Shown piece after piece: positions 54,779-64,000 of a stretch of DNA of 64,000 nucleotides. Location: positions 17,933 to 81,932 of the forward strand of contig CALEMW010000069.1 in assembly GCA_937910695.1 (NCBI GenBank), written 5' to 3'. Position 1 is the stretch's first letter. Each line of letters opens with the position of its first letter. This stretch comes from an uncultured bacterium (GTDB taxonomy: Bacteria; Krumholzibacteriota; Krumholzibacteriia; LZORAL124-64-63). Under the pieces are notes generated by a model. That model was not told the DNA's origin and did no database searches. It was given only the letters and a program-made list of their open reading frames with translations. Position numbers and translations under genes: made by a program.

Positions 54779-55534
54779 TTGGGACGAACACTGTCTACGA
54801 TGATCCTGGTTGTCGCGTTGAGCGCGACGACCGCCGGCGCCGGCGTGATCCTCAACACCCTCGACGCCATCGGCGCCGACGGCACGGGTTGGTCCGGAGG
54901 CCTCGACGGCAGCTTCAGCGCCACCGGCGGCAACACCGACCAGGTGACCCTGAGCGCCGGCGGCCGCACCGTGTGGCGGGGCGAGCGAGACATGTGGCAG
55001 CTGAGGGGCAACATGGAGTACCAGGAGACCTCGTCGCGGGAGTCGGCGCGCTCGGTAGTCGGCCACCTGCGCCAGAACCACAGCCTGGTCGGCACGCTGC
55101 ACAGCGTGGCCTTCGCCCAGATACAGCACAATCCCTTCCAGCGCCTCCAGTCACGCTGGCTCTTCGGCGCCGGCGGCCGCTGGGACGTGCTCGACGATCA
55201 GCAAGGCAGCCTCTCGCTCGGCGCCACCCACATGGTCGAGATCGAACGCATCGAGGACGAGCAGGGCCGCGACACGGACCAGAGGCTCTCGGCGTTCCTG
55301 TTCGCTTCGCGCCGGTTGAGTCCGTCGCTGAAGCTGAGCGCCGTCGGCTTCATCCAGCCCTTGTGGTCCGACCTGGACGATCGCCGCGCCATGGGCAATC
55401 TCGCCCTCGAAGTTTCGCTGACCGAGACGGTATCGCTGAAGGTGGGAGGAGCGTTGGAATACGATTCGCACCCGCCGGCAGGCGTCGACACGAAGGATTG
55501 GCAGACCACGACCGGGCTGGGCGTCCGTTTCTAG
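54779..55534 (+). CDS. DUF481-like outer-membrane beta-barrel
   Basis: Signal peptide; GNT motif; beta strands; YDS.PP and terminal GLGVRF. Confidence 0.75.
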   Translation: MGRTLSTMILVVALSATTAGAGVILNTLDAIGADGTGWSGGLDGSFSATGGNTDQVTLSAGGRTVWRGERDMWQLRGNMEYQETSSRESARSVVGHLRQNHSLVGTLHSVAFAQIQHNPFQRLQSRWLFGAGGRWDVLDDQQGSLSLGATHMVEIERIEDEQGRDTDQRLSAFLFASRRLSPSLKLSAVGFIQPLWSDLDDRRAMGNLALEVSLTETVSLKVGGALEYDSHPPAGVDTKDWQTTTGLGVRF

Positions 55535-55571
55535 CCTTGTCGGGACCATCACGATCGCCATGGGAGACGTC

Positions 55572-56870
55572 ATGACCAGAATCGTCATCGCCGTACTGTT
55601 GATCGCTCTCGCCGCCCCGGTCGTCGCCAATACGGCCGCCGCCGATTCGACCATCCTCGCCATCCAGTCCATGGTGGGCGAACTCCGTGAAAAGCCCTTC
55701 CTCACCACCGTTCCGGTGCGCGACCAGGGCGTCGAGGCCTTCGGCGCCTACCTCGACGCCGAACTCGCCAAGCAGATCCCCGACGATCTGGCCGCCGACT
55801 ACGACGCCGTGGTGCGCGCCGTGGGCCTGTACCGCGGTCCGGTCATCGACGACTACCGCGCCACGATGAAGGCCGTCATGCTCAGCCAGGCCGCCGCCTA
55901 CTACGACCCCGCCACCGAGGCCTTCTACGTGGTGATGGGCGACATGCCCGACCAGCTGTTCCGCCCCGTCGTCGCCCACGAGATCACCCACGGCCTGCAG
56001 GACCAGTACTTCGACCTCGACGCCTTCGTCCTGGCGCCTTCGGCCGGCGGACTGAACGACGACGAACTCAACGCCCGCGCCGCCGTCGTCGAAGGCGAGG
56101 CCACCTACGTCATGACGCTGTTCAGCGTCTACGACATGCTCGGCATGGTGCCGGACCGCGCCCTGCTCGGCCCGGCCGTGGCGCTGCAGGCCGGCATGAG
56201 CACCGACCAGCTCAAGCAGATGATGGCGATGCCGCAGGACGGCGTCGACCTCGGCCCCGACATGGCCGCGGCCCTCGAGGCCATGGACACCATCCCCGCC
56301 TTCATCATGGAGACCATGGTGGGCGCCTATCTCAAGGGCTGCGCCTTCGTCTACGATGTGCAGGGGCAAGGCTGGTCCGCCGTCGACTCCTTGTACACCC
56401 ATCCTCCTGTGTCCACCGAACAGATCCTCCACCCCGAGAAGTACGCCGCCGGCGAAGCCCCCTCCGCGTTCACCGACGTCGGCGACGCCGGCGGCCTGCT
56501 CGCGGACTGGCGCCTGCTGCGCGCCAACACCCTGGGCGAACTGCAGTGGCGCATCGTGTTCGCCGAGCACGGCCAGGGCGACATCGCAATTCCCCTGGCC
56601 GAGGGCTGGGACGGCGACCGCTATGCCGTGTACGAACGTGATGGTGCGACTCTGCTGCTCTTGGCCACCCATTGGGACACCGAAAACGACGCAGCGGACT
56701 TCGAGGCCGGGTATCACGAAGTGTTGGCGGCGAAGGAATTGCCTGAAGGCGTGGCAGGGTTGATCGAGCGACGTGGTCGCTACGTTGGGATCGTCGAGGG
56801 CGGCAATGGGGAGTTGGCGGCGGAAGCGTTGGCGTATTTGGCGACGACCTTGGCAAAATCGGGGAAATAA
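55572..56870 (+). CDS. Exported zincin-like metallopeptidase (HExxH)
   Basis: Signal peptide; AYYDP, VAHEITHGLQDQYFDL, EGEA, PVSTEQILHPEKY, LGE and GWDGD. Confidence 0.7.
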   Translation: MTRIVIAVLLIALAAPVVANTAAADSTILAIQSMVGELREKPFLTTVPVRDQGVEAFGAYLDAELAKQIPDDLAADYDAVVRAVGLYRGPVIDDYRATMKAVMLSQAAAYYDPATEAFYVVMGDMPDQLFRPVVAHEITHGLQDQYFDLDAFVLAPSAGGLNDDELNARAAVVEGEATYVMTLFSVYDMLGMVPDRALLGPAVALQAGMSTDQLKQMMAMPQDGVDLGPDMAAALEAMDTIPAFIMETMVGAYLKGCAFVYDVQGQGWSAVDSLYTHPPVSTEQILHPEKYAAGEAPSAFTDVGDAGGLLADWRLLRANTLGELQWRIVFAEHGQGDIAIPLAEGWDGDRYAVYERDGATLLLLATHWDTENDAADFEAGYHEVLAAKELPEGVAGLIERRGRYVGIVEGGNGELAAEALAYLATTLAKSGK

Positions 56871-57020
56871 TCCCATAACCTCGAATTTCTCAATCCCCTA
56901 TATCGATCAATGCTGATATTTATTCAAAATATATGATCCATATTCTCATCTCACGACGCGTATCACTTCACGAAACGAACCCGGCGGTCGAGTTCGTTAT
57001 GATTCCCTTCGGAGGTCCCC

Positions 57021-57641
57021 ATGATCACCAGGCTCAAGATCCCCGCCCTGCTGTCCACCCTTCTGATCGTAATCACGCTCGTCCCTTCCCTCGTGCAGGC
57101 CCAATGCTCCACGAGCGTCGACAACCAGGCCGCCGACGGCACCGCCGTGTTCGGCTTGCGCTGGGACGGCGTCCGCATCAATTGCGGCCAGAGCATCACC
57201 CTGGCCTGCGACAGCCGCCTGCTGAGCGCGGGTTTCCGGATGCAGAGCGCCCCGAGCGGCGAATACAACGGCGTGCCCTACGTGAACATGGGCGACCTGC
57301 TGTCGGTCGACATCGTGGATCAGAGCTTCAACATCGTGGCGACCGGCACCGCCGCCGTCAGCCACTCCACGGGATTCGATTGGGTGACGGTGGACTTCAC
57401 GACCCAGAACGTGAACCTGCCCGCCGGCGACTACCTGATCGGTGCCTATATCACCGCCGATAAGATCTCCTTCATCAACTACACGCCGACCGACGTCATC
57501 GACGGTCAGCGCCACTGGTACGCGCCCGGCAGTTGGGGCAACGCCACCGGCGGCGACGCCGTGATCCAGGCCACCTGGGAGGAACACCTGGTCGCGACCG
57601 ACACGGCGGACTGGGGTGAGATAAAATCCATGTACCGCTAG
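57021..57641 (+). CDS. Secreted protein with C-terminal WGxIKxxYR motif
   Basis: GGAGG RBS, signal peptide, beta-rich body, ends ATDTADWGEIKSMYR. Confidence 0.75.
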   Translation: MITRLKIPALLSTLLIVITLVPSLVQAQCSTSVDNQAADGTAVFGLRWDGVRINCGQSITLACDSRLLSAGFRMQSAPSGEYNGVPYVNMGDLLSVDIVDQSFNIVATGTAAVSHSTGFDWVTVDFTTQNVNLPAGDYLIGAYITADKISFINYTPTDVIDGQRHWYAPGSWGNATGGDAVIQATWEEHLVATDTADWGEIKSMYR

Positions 57642-57647
57642 GCGGCT

Positions 57648-59897
57648 CTATGAGGCCGGAGGCTCATCCTCCGGCCTGTCCTCCGGCAGGCGACTGCGCA
57701 CCGCCGTGTCGACGTCGGTCGTCTCGCTCGAATCGAGCAGGTCGCCCGTGAACAGGCTCGCGTTGTGGACGAAGAACACGCTCGGCAGGTCTCCCACCAG
57801 CTGTTCCAGACGCTCCGCCGCTTCGGCCTCGTCCCCCGGAGCAGTGGGCGCCAGCCCCAGGAACACCACGTCCGCATCGGCGCTTTCGGCCTGGATCATC
57901 TCGCGCACGCTCATGTCCTTGACCTTCAGGTGAATCTCGTAGTCCGCATCGATGCGGATCACCCCGAGCATGCGCTGGAGGAACTGGGCGGTCTGCTCCT
58001 TCATGGTCTCGGTGGTGGCTACGCTCTTGATGCGCACGCGGGCGTCGCGCCACTCGGCGTTGCGGGTCAGCAGGTAGGCCAGCAGGAGCATGAGGTCGCC
58101 GTTGTTCTGCAGGCCGCCCCACCAGACATCCACCACACGCCGCCCCTTGCGGCGAAACGCCGTACGGAGCTTGAAGCGACCCACGACCAGGGATTTGCCC
58201 AGCCGCGCGAGTCGTCGCTGGACACGGAGGAACTCGGCCTGCAGCTCCGGCGATGTCGGCCAGCCCAGGATCACCGTGTTGCTGGAGAGGCCGGCCATGC
58301 CGTTGGCCTGGGCCACGCTGACGATCCCCTCGGCGAGGTTGCGCACGACATCCACCTCGGGGAACACGACCAGCTCCTCATCCTCCAGGATTCTCTTCAT
58401 GGACTCGAGCCGCGCGGCGATTCCCAGATCCTTCTCCGCGAGGTCGCCCTCCACCAGTTCGCACACCGTCACCACGCCGCGCCCCTGGCTGAACCAGTCG
58501 GCATAGCGTACGAGGTCGAGTTCGCGCTCCACGCCGTCGACGAAGACAAGCGTGTGCGGGCGCCAGTTGCGCGAGCTGACCGGGCGTTCCGCCAGCCGCA
58601 CCAGGGCCCAGCGGATCAGGCTCTCGAAGAGACCGCGGCGCGCGTCGCCCCAGCCGGCGGCCCGTTCCTTGCGGGACAGAAGCAGCCACAGCAGCAGCTC
58701 GGCAACCAACGCCACGAACGCAGGCAACGGGGAGATCAGGAACATGACCGCCAAGCAGCCGATGCCGCCGATCAGGCTCACCGACCAGTGCACCCGCAGC
58801 TGCGGGCGCCATGAGGGGTCGCCGCTGAGGGTCTCGAAGGCGGCCACGAAGTTGGTCGTGCCGTAGACCGTCAAAAAGAACATCGAGACCACGGTGGCCA
58901 CGGCGTTCAGGTCGCCCAGCAGCACCGCGGCCAGGGCGATGAGCAGCGACAGGGACATGCCGGGCACCAGTTCCAGGGACGGCTTGCCCAGACCGGCGAA
59001 GAACCTCGGCGCCAATCCGTCTCGGGCCAGGGCCTGCAGCGTGCGCGGCGCACCCAGCACCGAACCCACCGCCGAGGAGAAGATGGCGCTCCACAGACCC
59101 GGCAACACCAGCCAGGCGCCGCCCAGGGCCACCGTGGTCCAGACCAGCGGGTCGGAGCGCAGGCTCTCGGGCGAGGCGGTGATCGCCAGACCGATCGGCA
59201 CCAGGAGGTAGACGACGAACCCCGTCGCCACTGCGAGGATCGCACCCCGCGGGATGGAGTGCCGGGGATCCTTCAGGTCCCCCGAAAGCCCGAGCCCGGC
59301 CATAGCGCCCGTCACAGCGGGAAAGAAGATGGCAAAGCCCTTCCAGAAATCGACCTCGCCCGTGCCGGCTGAGAGCTGCACCCCCGAGGGATCGCCGCCG
59401 GTGATCACACCCGCGGCGAAGGCGATCAGGGACAGCCCCACCACGGCCATCAGACCCACCTGGGCCTTGAGTGCCGCGCCCGCCCCGAACATCGACACCG
59501 CGCCGACGAACAGGATGATCACCGCGGCGGCCGGCTGCAGGGGCACGTCGGGCCAGACGAAGCGCAGCGATTCCGCGAGACCGAAGGAGTAGAGCGTCAC
59601 CGAGAAGGTCTGCGAGAGGAACAGTGGCAGCCCGATAGAGCCGCCGATCTCCAGCCCGAGGCTGCGGGAGATGATGTAATAGGCGCCGCCGACCCCCACG
59701 CGACCGTTGGTCGCGACCGAGGAGAAGGACAGCGTCGTGGCCGCCGTGATCACGTGGGCCAGCAGCACGATCACCAGGATTTTGAACAGACCGAGATGAC
59801 CGACCAGCCAGCCGAAGCGCAGATACATGATCACGCCGAGGATGGTCAGCACCGTCGGCGTGTAGACGCCGAGGAAGGTCCCGAGCTTCTTGTTCAT
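57648..59897 (-). CDS. Cation-chloride cotransporter (SLC12/CCC-like) APC-superfamily permease
   Basis: LGTFLGVYTP...ILGVIMYLR.GW, ATNG...GGAYYIISRSLG, FFPAVTG..AG..SGDLKDP, NWRP and DVWWGG..NGDLMLLLAYLL. Confidence 0.9.
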   Translation of the reverse strand: MNKKLGTFLGVYTPTVLTILGVIMYLRFGWLVGHLGLFKILVIVLLAHVITAATTLSFSSVATNGRVGVGGAYYIISRSLGLEIGGSIGLPLFLSQTFSVTLYSFGLAESLRFVWPDVPLQPAAAVIILFVGAVSMFGAGAALKAQVGLMAVVGLSLIAFAAGVITGGDPSGVQLSAGTGEVDFWKGFAIFFPAVTGAMAGLGLSGDLKDPRHSIPRGAILAVATGFVVYLLVPIGLAITASPESLRSDPLVWTTVALGGAWLVLPGLWSAIFSSAVGSVLGAPRTLQALARDGLAPRFFAGLGKPSLELVPGMSLSLLIALAAVLLGDLNAVATVVSMFFLTVYGTTNFVAAFETLSGDPSWRPQLRVHWSVSLIGGIGCLAVMFLISPLPAFVALVAELLLWLLLSRKERAAGWGDARRGLFESLIRWALVRLAERPVSSRNWRPHTLVFVDGVERELDLVRYADWFSQGRGVVTVCELVEGDLAEKDLGIAARLESMKRILEDEELVVFPEVDVVRNLAEGIVSVAQANGMAGLSSNTVILGWPTSPELQAEFLRVQRRLARLGKSLVVGRFKLRTAFRRKGRRVVDVWWGGLQNNGDLMLLLAYLLTRNAEWRDARVRIKSVATTETMKEQTAQFLQRMLGVIRIDADYEIHLKVKDMSVREMIQAESADADVVFLGLAPTAPGDEAEAAERLEQLVGDLPSVFFVHNASLFTGDLLDSSETTDVDTAVRSRLPEDRPEDEPPAS

Positions 59898-60075
59898 GGC
59901 TGCAGGCTCCCGGATAGGCAGGACAATGATTCGGGGTCAACCTCCAGAAGACACCTCGCAACATCAATCCGTCACATAGTTTTTTTGGCTGAATCGAGAT
60001 GTTCATGTGACAATCCTGAGGATCGATCTGTCTATAGGAGTCGATCCGCCGCCGTCCCGACCAGAAAGGCCACTC

Positions 60076-61386
60076 GTGTTCGACTTCATCTCACCTCTTC
60101 TGGAGCGGGATCTGTCCACGGAACGCATCGCCCTGCTCGCCATCATGGTGATGACGGCCGTGGTCGGCTATCCCCTGTCGCGTCTGCTGACCAGGGGGAT
60201 CCGACGCCGCCGGGATGACGTCACCGATCACGCCTCCCGCGGCCGGCGATTCATGCTGAACATCCCGGTGGTCATGGCCTGGCCAGTGCTGGCGGCCGTC
60301 CTCGCCATCGCCCCCCTACTGCTGCTGCCGGGCGCAGCGCCCAATTCGGACCGCCTGCCGGTCCTGACCCTCGCCTGGTTTCTTCTGCTGCACAACGGCA
60401 TCGACACGACGATCCGCCAGTACATGCAGCCCGGGCCCCACCGCCGCCGGCTGCGCTGGCTGGTGGTCCCGATCATCATGGCCGTAGCCGTCCTCGACCA
60501 GATGAGCCTGCTCGGCGACCTGTTCGAATACCTCAACCGACCGTTTCTGGTGATGGGCGGGGCGCACCTCTCCATCTTATCCGTGCTTTCGTCGTTCGGA
60601 CTCGCGCTGGTGTTCATCCTTGGCGCCCGCATGCTCTCGAATCTGATCTCCAACAGCATTCTGCCGAACCTGGGCGTGGAGCAGGCCCTCGCCGACGCCC
60701 TCGCCGCCGTCACCCGCTCGTTGATCATCGTTCTGGGCCTACTGGTGTCGGCCGACGCTATGGGCCTGGACATGAGCAGCCTTAAGATCGTGCTTGGCGC
60801 CCTGTCGGTCGGAATCGGCTTCGGTCTGCAGAACGTGGTGAACAACTTCGTCAGCGGACTGATCCTGATGTTCGAACGCACGATCAAGCGGGGCGACATT
60901 ATCCGCATCAACGAGACCGAGGGACGCGTCATGTCCATCGGCCTGCGCAGCAGCGTGGTGCGCACCCGTTCCGGCCACGACATCATCGTCCCCAACGGCG
61001 AACTCGTGGCGGGTCACGTGGACAACCTGAGCTTCACCGACGAGCACGTGCGCGTGGACGTGCCCATCGGCGTGAGCTACCGGGCCGACCCCCGGGAGGT
61101 GAGCGACATCCTGCTCGCCGTCACCCGCCGCACGCCCGACGTCGTGCCCTCGCCGCCGCCCGAAGTGCTCTTCACGGGCTATGGGGAAAGCTCCATAGAC
61201 TTCGAGGTCCGCGTGTGGGTGCACGGAGCCTGGACGCTGCCGCGCGTGCGCAGCGCGTTGCTGTTCGAGGCGTGGTACGAGCTGAAGAAGGCGGGCGTGG
61301 AGATTCCGTTCCCCCAGAGGGATCTGCACATCCGGAGCGGAGTCGTCGAAGTGGCGCAGTGCGATCCCGGGAAGGCCGGAGACTGA
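60076..61386 (+). CDS. MscS/MscK-family mechanosensitive channel
   Basis: GALSVGIGFGLQN.VNNFVSGLILMFER, IVPN, GVSY, GESSIDF and IPFPQRDLH; probable GTG start at 60076. Confidence 0.9.
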   Translation: MFDFISPLLERDLSTERIALLAIMVMTAVVGYPLSRLLTRGIRRRRDDVTDHASRGRRFMLNIPVVMAWPVLAAVLAIAPLLLLPGAAPNSDRLPVLTLAWFLLLHNGIDTTIRQYMQPGPHRRRLRWLVVPIIMAVAVLDQMSLLGDLFEYLNRPFLVMGGAHLSILSVLSSFGLALVFILGARMLSNLISNSILPNLGVEQALADALAAVTRSLIIVLGLLVSADAMGLDMSSLKIVLGALSVGIGFGLQNVVNNFVSGLILMFERTIKRGDIIRINETEGRVMSIGLRSSVVRTRSGHDIIVPNGELVAGHVDNLSFTDEHVRVDVPIGVSYRADPREVSDILLAVTRRTPDVVPSPPPEVLFTGYGESSIDFEVRVWVHGAWTLPRVRSALLFEAWYELKKAGVEIPFPQRDLHIRSGVVEVAQCDPGKAGD

Positions 61387-61413
61387 CTACGCCACCCTTC
61401 GCCTCGTTGATGA

Positions 61414-64000
61414 TCAGCGCACGATCGTCATCCGCTTCACATCCTGATGGCCCGATCCCGTGGTCAGCCGCAGAAAATACACGCCGCCGGGCATGATCCG
61501 GCCATCGTCAGCCCGACCGTCCCAGCTCAGCCTGCTCGATGCCGCAGCACCCGGGCCGGTGGGTAGAACGCACACGCGTCGGCCGGCCACGTCATACACG
61601 ACGATCGACACGTCAGCGCTCTTGTCGGCGAGGGCGTAGTCGATGGCGAAGTGCCCGCTCGAACTCGGATTCGGCGATACGGTCAACGGACGGGCCGCCG
61701 GTGTTTGCTCCTGCTCTGCGCCGGTAATGCTGATCTGCTCTATGGTCAGCACCACGTCGTTCCCCCGCAGCGCCACCCAGGGCAGGATCCCAGGCGGGAA
61801 GGAGTGGCCCGTCACGACGGTCAGCTCGCCGAACACCGACGCCGCCGCCAGGATCACGAAGGTGTCGTCGACAGCAGGTACGAACCCACCAGGAAACGAC
61901 ACGTCGACCTGGCCGGCCAGGGTCGCGTCGCCGATGATGGTCAGCACGTCATACTCGGTCCCGGGAGTGTAGCCGCCGATCTCGACGGACAGCACACCGC
62001 CGGCCTCCTGGGCGAACGTGCCGTCGATGGTCAGTTCGCCGACCGAGACACCGGGGGCGACTGTACCGCCGAGGTTGACGACGTTCCCTACGATCACGCC
62101 GTTACCACCGAGAACGCCGCCGTAAACCAACAAGCTGTCGCCCGTACCCATGGCAAGGGTGCCGTCGACAGTCGTCATACCCGCGGTCTGGACAAAGTCA
62201 TCGTCATCGGTCATGAGCCGTCCGGCGGCGATCTCCACGGTGCCCTGCTGCTCGAAGGGTCCGGTCCACAACCTCAGGCCGCCCGCGCCCTCGACGCGCA
62301 ACTGGCCGGTGTTCACGAAGCCGTCGGCGCTCGGATCGATGTTCAGCATGAAGGTGGGATGGTCGGCGAGGATCGTGCCGCCGTTGTCGAGGCCTAACTG
62401 GTTGTAGCCCAGGTTCACCGCACCATGAATCGTGTTGTCCTGGTTGATCAGGCGACTCCCGTCGACGCTGCCTATAATGGCGTACTGGATCGTGCCGCCG
62501 GTGATCACACCGCCGCTCGTGAGGGTCACCGGGCCACCGGTCGTCCTCAGGTAGGTGTAGGTCGTCACAGAGTCGATGCTGATCGTGTCGGAGTTGGCGA
62601 TGGTTCCCTCGAGATAGAGCGCCCGGGTGTTGGTCACATGCACTCGGGCCTGGCATGTCAGATCGACGAACTTCGGCGATGAAGAGTTGACCACGAATTC
62701 GCCCGTCCCCGAGGACCGCAGGGTGCCGCCTGTGATGATGGGGTTGGCCGCCAATTCGACCTGCGATCCGTCGGCGGCCTCGATCAGACCGCCCGTGTTG
62801 TCGTAATCCGCAGTGTACAGTTGCATCACGGCACCGTACTCGGCCCGCATGACACCCGTGTTGACCAGGCCGTCCGCAGACGGATCGATCTTCAGGGAGT
62901 GGACAGGGTTGTCGGCGACGATGAGACCCGCGTTCTGGATGGCGATCTGGTTGTAGCCCAGATGGACGCTGCCCCGGATGGTATTGTCCGTGTTGACAAG
63001 AGCGCTTCCATCGACGGATCCGATCAGGGCGTACTGTCCGGTGTCGCAGGCGATCACGCCGCCTCCGGTCAGAGTGACCGTCCCTTCAACCGTGCGGAGG
63101 TAGGCATAGGTCGTTGAAGAGTCGATGCTGATCGTGTCGGAGTTGGCGATGCCTCCCTTGAGATAGAGCGATCGGGTGTTGGCCACGTGCACCCGGGCCT
63201 GGCTGGTCAGGTCGGCGATCCGTGCCGACGACGAGTTCGACACGATCACGCCGCTGCCCGATGTCTGCAGAATGCCGCCGGTGACTATCGCGGAAGCGAG
63301 TAGTGAAACTGTCGAACCGTCGATCGCCTCGATCACGCCCCCGGTGTTGTTATAGTCCGCCGCACCCATTTCCAGCAGAGCCCCGTTCTCCGCCCGGATC
63401 AGGCCCGTGTTGGTCATGCCCGAAGAACTCGGATCCAGCCGCAGGGTGAGGAGCGGATCGTCGGCCACGATCATGCCGCCGTTCTCGATGCGCAGCTGGT
63501 TGTACCCCAGATTCATGGCGCCGCGGAATGTATTGTCTACGTTGATTAGCTCGCCTCCGCTCAGACCGCCGACCATGTTGTAGAACGTGCCGGAGTGCGC
63601 GAGTACGGTGCCGCCGCCGGTCAGGCGGATGGGGCCGTCATTGAGGCGCAGATAGGTATAGGTCGTACTCGAGTTGAGGGAGATCACACCGCGGTTTTCG
63701 ATGCCCAATCTGCCGTTCGCCGCCGAGATCGCAAGCATCCTGCTGTTCTCGATGGCGACCTCGTCGTCGGCGTCCACGAAGAGCGAATCGATCACCACGT
63801 TGGCCAGGAGGTTCACGACCACAATGTTGGGGTGATCCAGGATCGCCCAGTAGTAGGTTCCAGCCGTGTTGTCGGGCACCACCATCGGCGACCAGTTCAG
63901 GGAGCTGCCCCAGGTCCCGTCCAGCCCCGAATCCCAGTGCACCTCGACATCGGCGGCGAGGGCCGGCGTGGACAGGTTCACGGCCGCAACGGCCAGCAAG
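61414..64000 (-). CDS. Large secreted beta-helix/adhesin-like protein with internal 183-aa repeats and FlgD-Ig/T9SS-like tail (5' end outside the window)
   Basis: Gly/Asn/Thr-rich repeats (LGYNQ occurs three times); autotransporter-like GTVAPG..G.L.I.G; tail SPNP...YDVAGR...WDG...GVYF...RMTIVR. Confidence 0.8.
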   Translation of the reverse strand, partial: LLAVAAVNLSTPALAADVEVHWDSGLDGTWGSSLNWSPMVVPDNTAGTYYWAILDHPNIVVVNLLANVVIDSLFVDADDEVAIENSRMLAISAANGRLGIENRGVISLNSSTTYTYLRLNDGPIRLTGGGTVLAHSGTFYNMVGGLSGGELINVDNTFRGAMNLGYNQLRIENGGMIVADDPLLTLRLDPSSSGMTNTGLIRAENGALLEMGAADYNNTGGVIEAIDGSTVSLLASAIVTGGILQTSGSGVIVSNSSSARIADLTSQARVHVANTRSLYLKGGIANSDTISIDSSTTYAYLRTVEGTVTLTGGGVIACDTGQYALIGSVDGSALVNTDNTIRGSVHLGYNQIAIQNAGLIVADNPVHSLKIDPSADGLVNTGVMRAEYGAVMQLYTADYDNTGGLIEAADGSQVELAANPIITGGTLRSSGTGEFVVNSSSPKFVDLTCQARVHVTNTRALYLEGTIANSDTISIDSVTTYTYLRTTGGPVTLTSGGVITGGTIQYAIIGSVDGSRLINQDNTIHGAVNLGYNQLGLDNGGTILADHPTFMLNIDPSADGFVNTGQLRVEGAGGLRLWTGPFEQQGTVEIAAGRLMTDDDDFVQTAGMTTVDGTLAMGTGDSLLVYGGVLGGNGVIVGNVVNLGGTVAPGVSVGELTIDGTFAQEAGGVLSVEIGGYTPGTEYDVLTIIGDATLAGQVDVSFPGGFVPAVDDTFVILAAASVFGELTVVTGHSFPPGILPWVALRGNDVVLTIEQISITGAEQEQTPAARPLTVSPNPSSSGHFAIDYALADKSADVSIVVYDVAGRRVCVLPTGPGAAASSRLSWDGRADDGRIMPGGVYFLRLTTGSGHQDVKRMTIVR

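Noticed and set aside
1..64000. CRISPR arrays, tRNA/rRNA genes, transposases, integrases and prophage genes
   Set aside because: I saw no regularly spaced short direct repeats, cloverleaf or rRNA signatures, or recombinase motifs. Intergenic gaps are short. Small ncRNAs cannot be excluded by eye.

Overview
GC-rich bacterial chromosomal segment with about 46 supportable protein-coding genes. I recognised no rRNA, tRNA, CRISPR array, transposase or integrase. Four secreted proteins carry FlgD-Ig/T9SS-like C-terminal tails, a gingipain-type C25 protease is present, and one protein ends in a 'WGxIKxxYR' tail. Together these suggest an FCB-group organism such as Latescibacterota/Krumholzibacteriota (inference). 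Contents from left to right: the start of the nuoABCD operon; a TonB-dependent receptor; a heme-c sensor kinase; a porin and FMN-binding protein pair behind a Fur-like box; secreted proteases (C25, C69, M6); a solitary HNH nuclease gene with associated palindromes; a hexaheme cytochrome with a secretion tail; a monoheme cytochrome/DUF3373 porin/octaheme (OTR-like) operon; a GH31 glycosidase; transporters; msrA; and a tightly coupled SH3/M48 protease/CHASE2 adenylate cyclase/MBL hydrolase/cNMP-binding MscS operon. The best-supported hidden feature is a selenoprotein that the ORF track splits in two (37134-37694, minus strand). It is a thioredoxin-like lipoprotein with an in-frame UGA forming a UxxC motif, followed immediately by a SECIS-like hairpin. 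All product calls come from motif recognition by eye; no database search was run.
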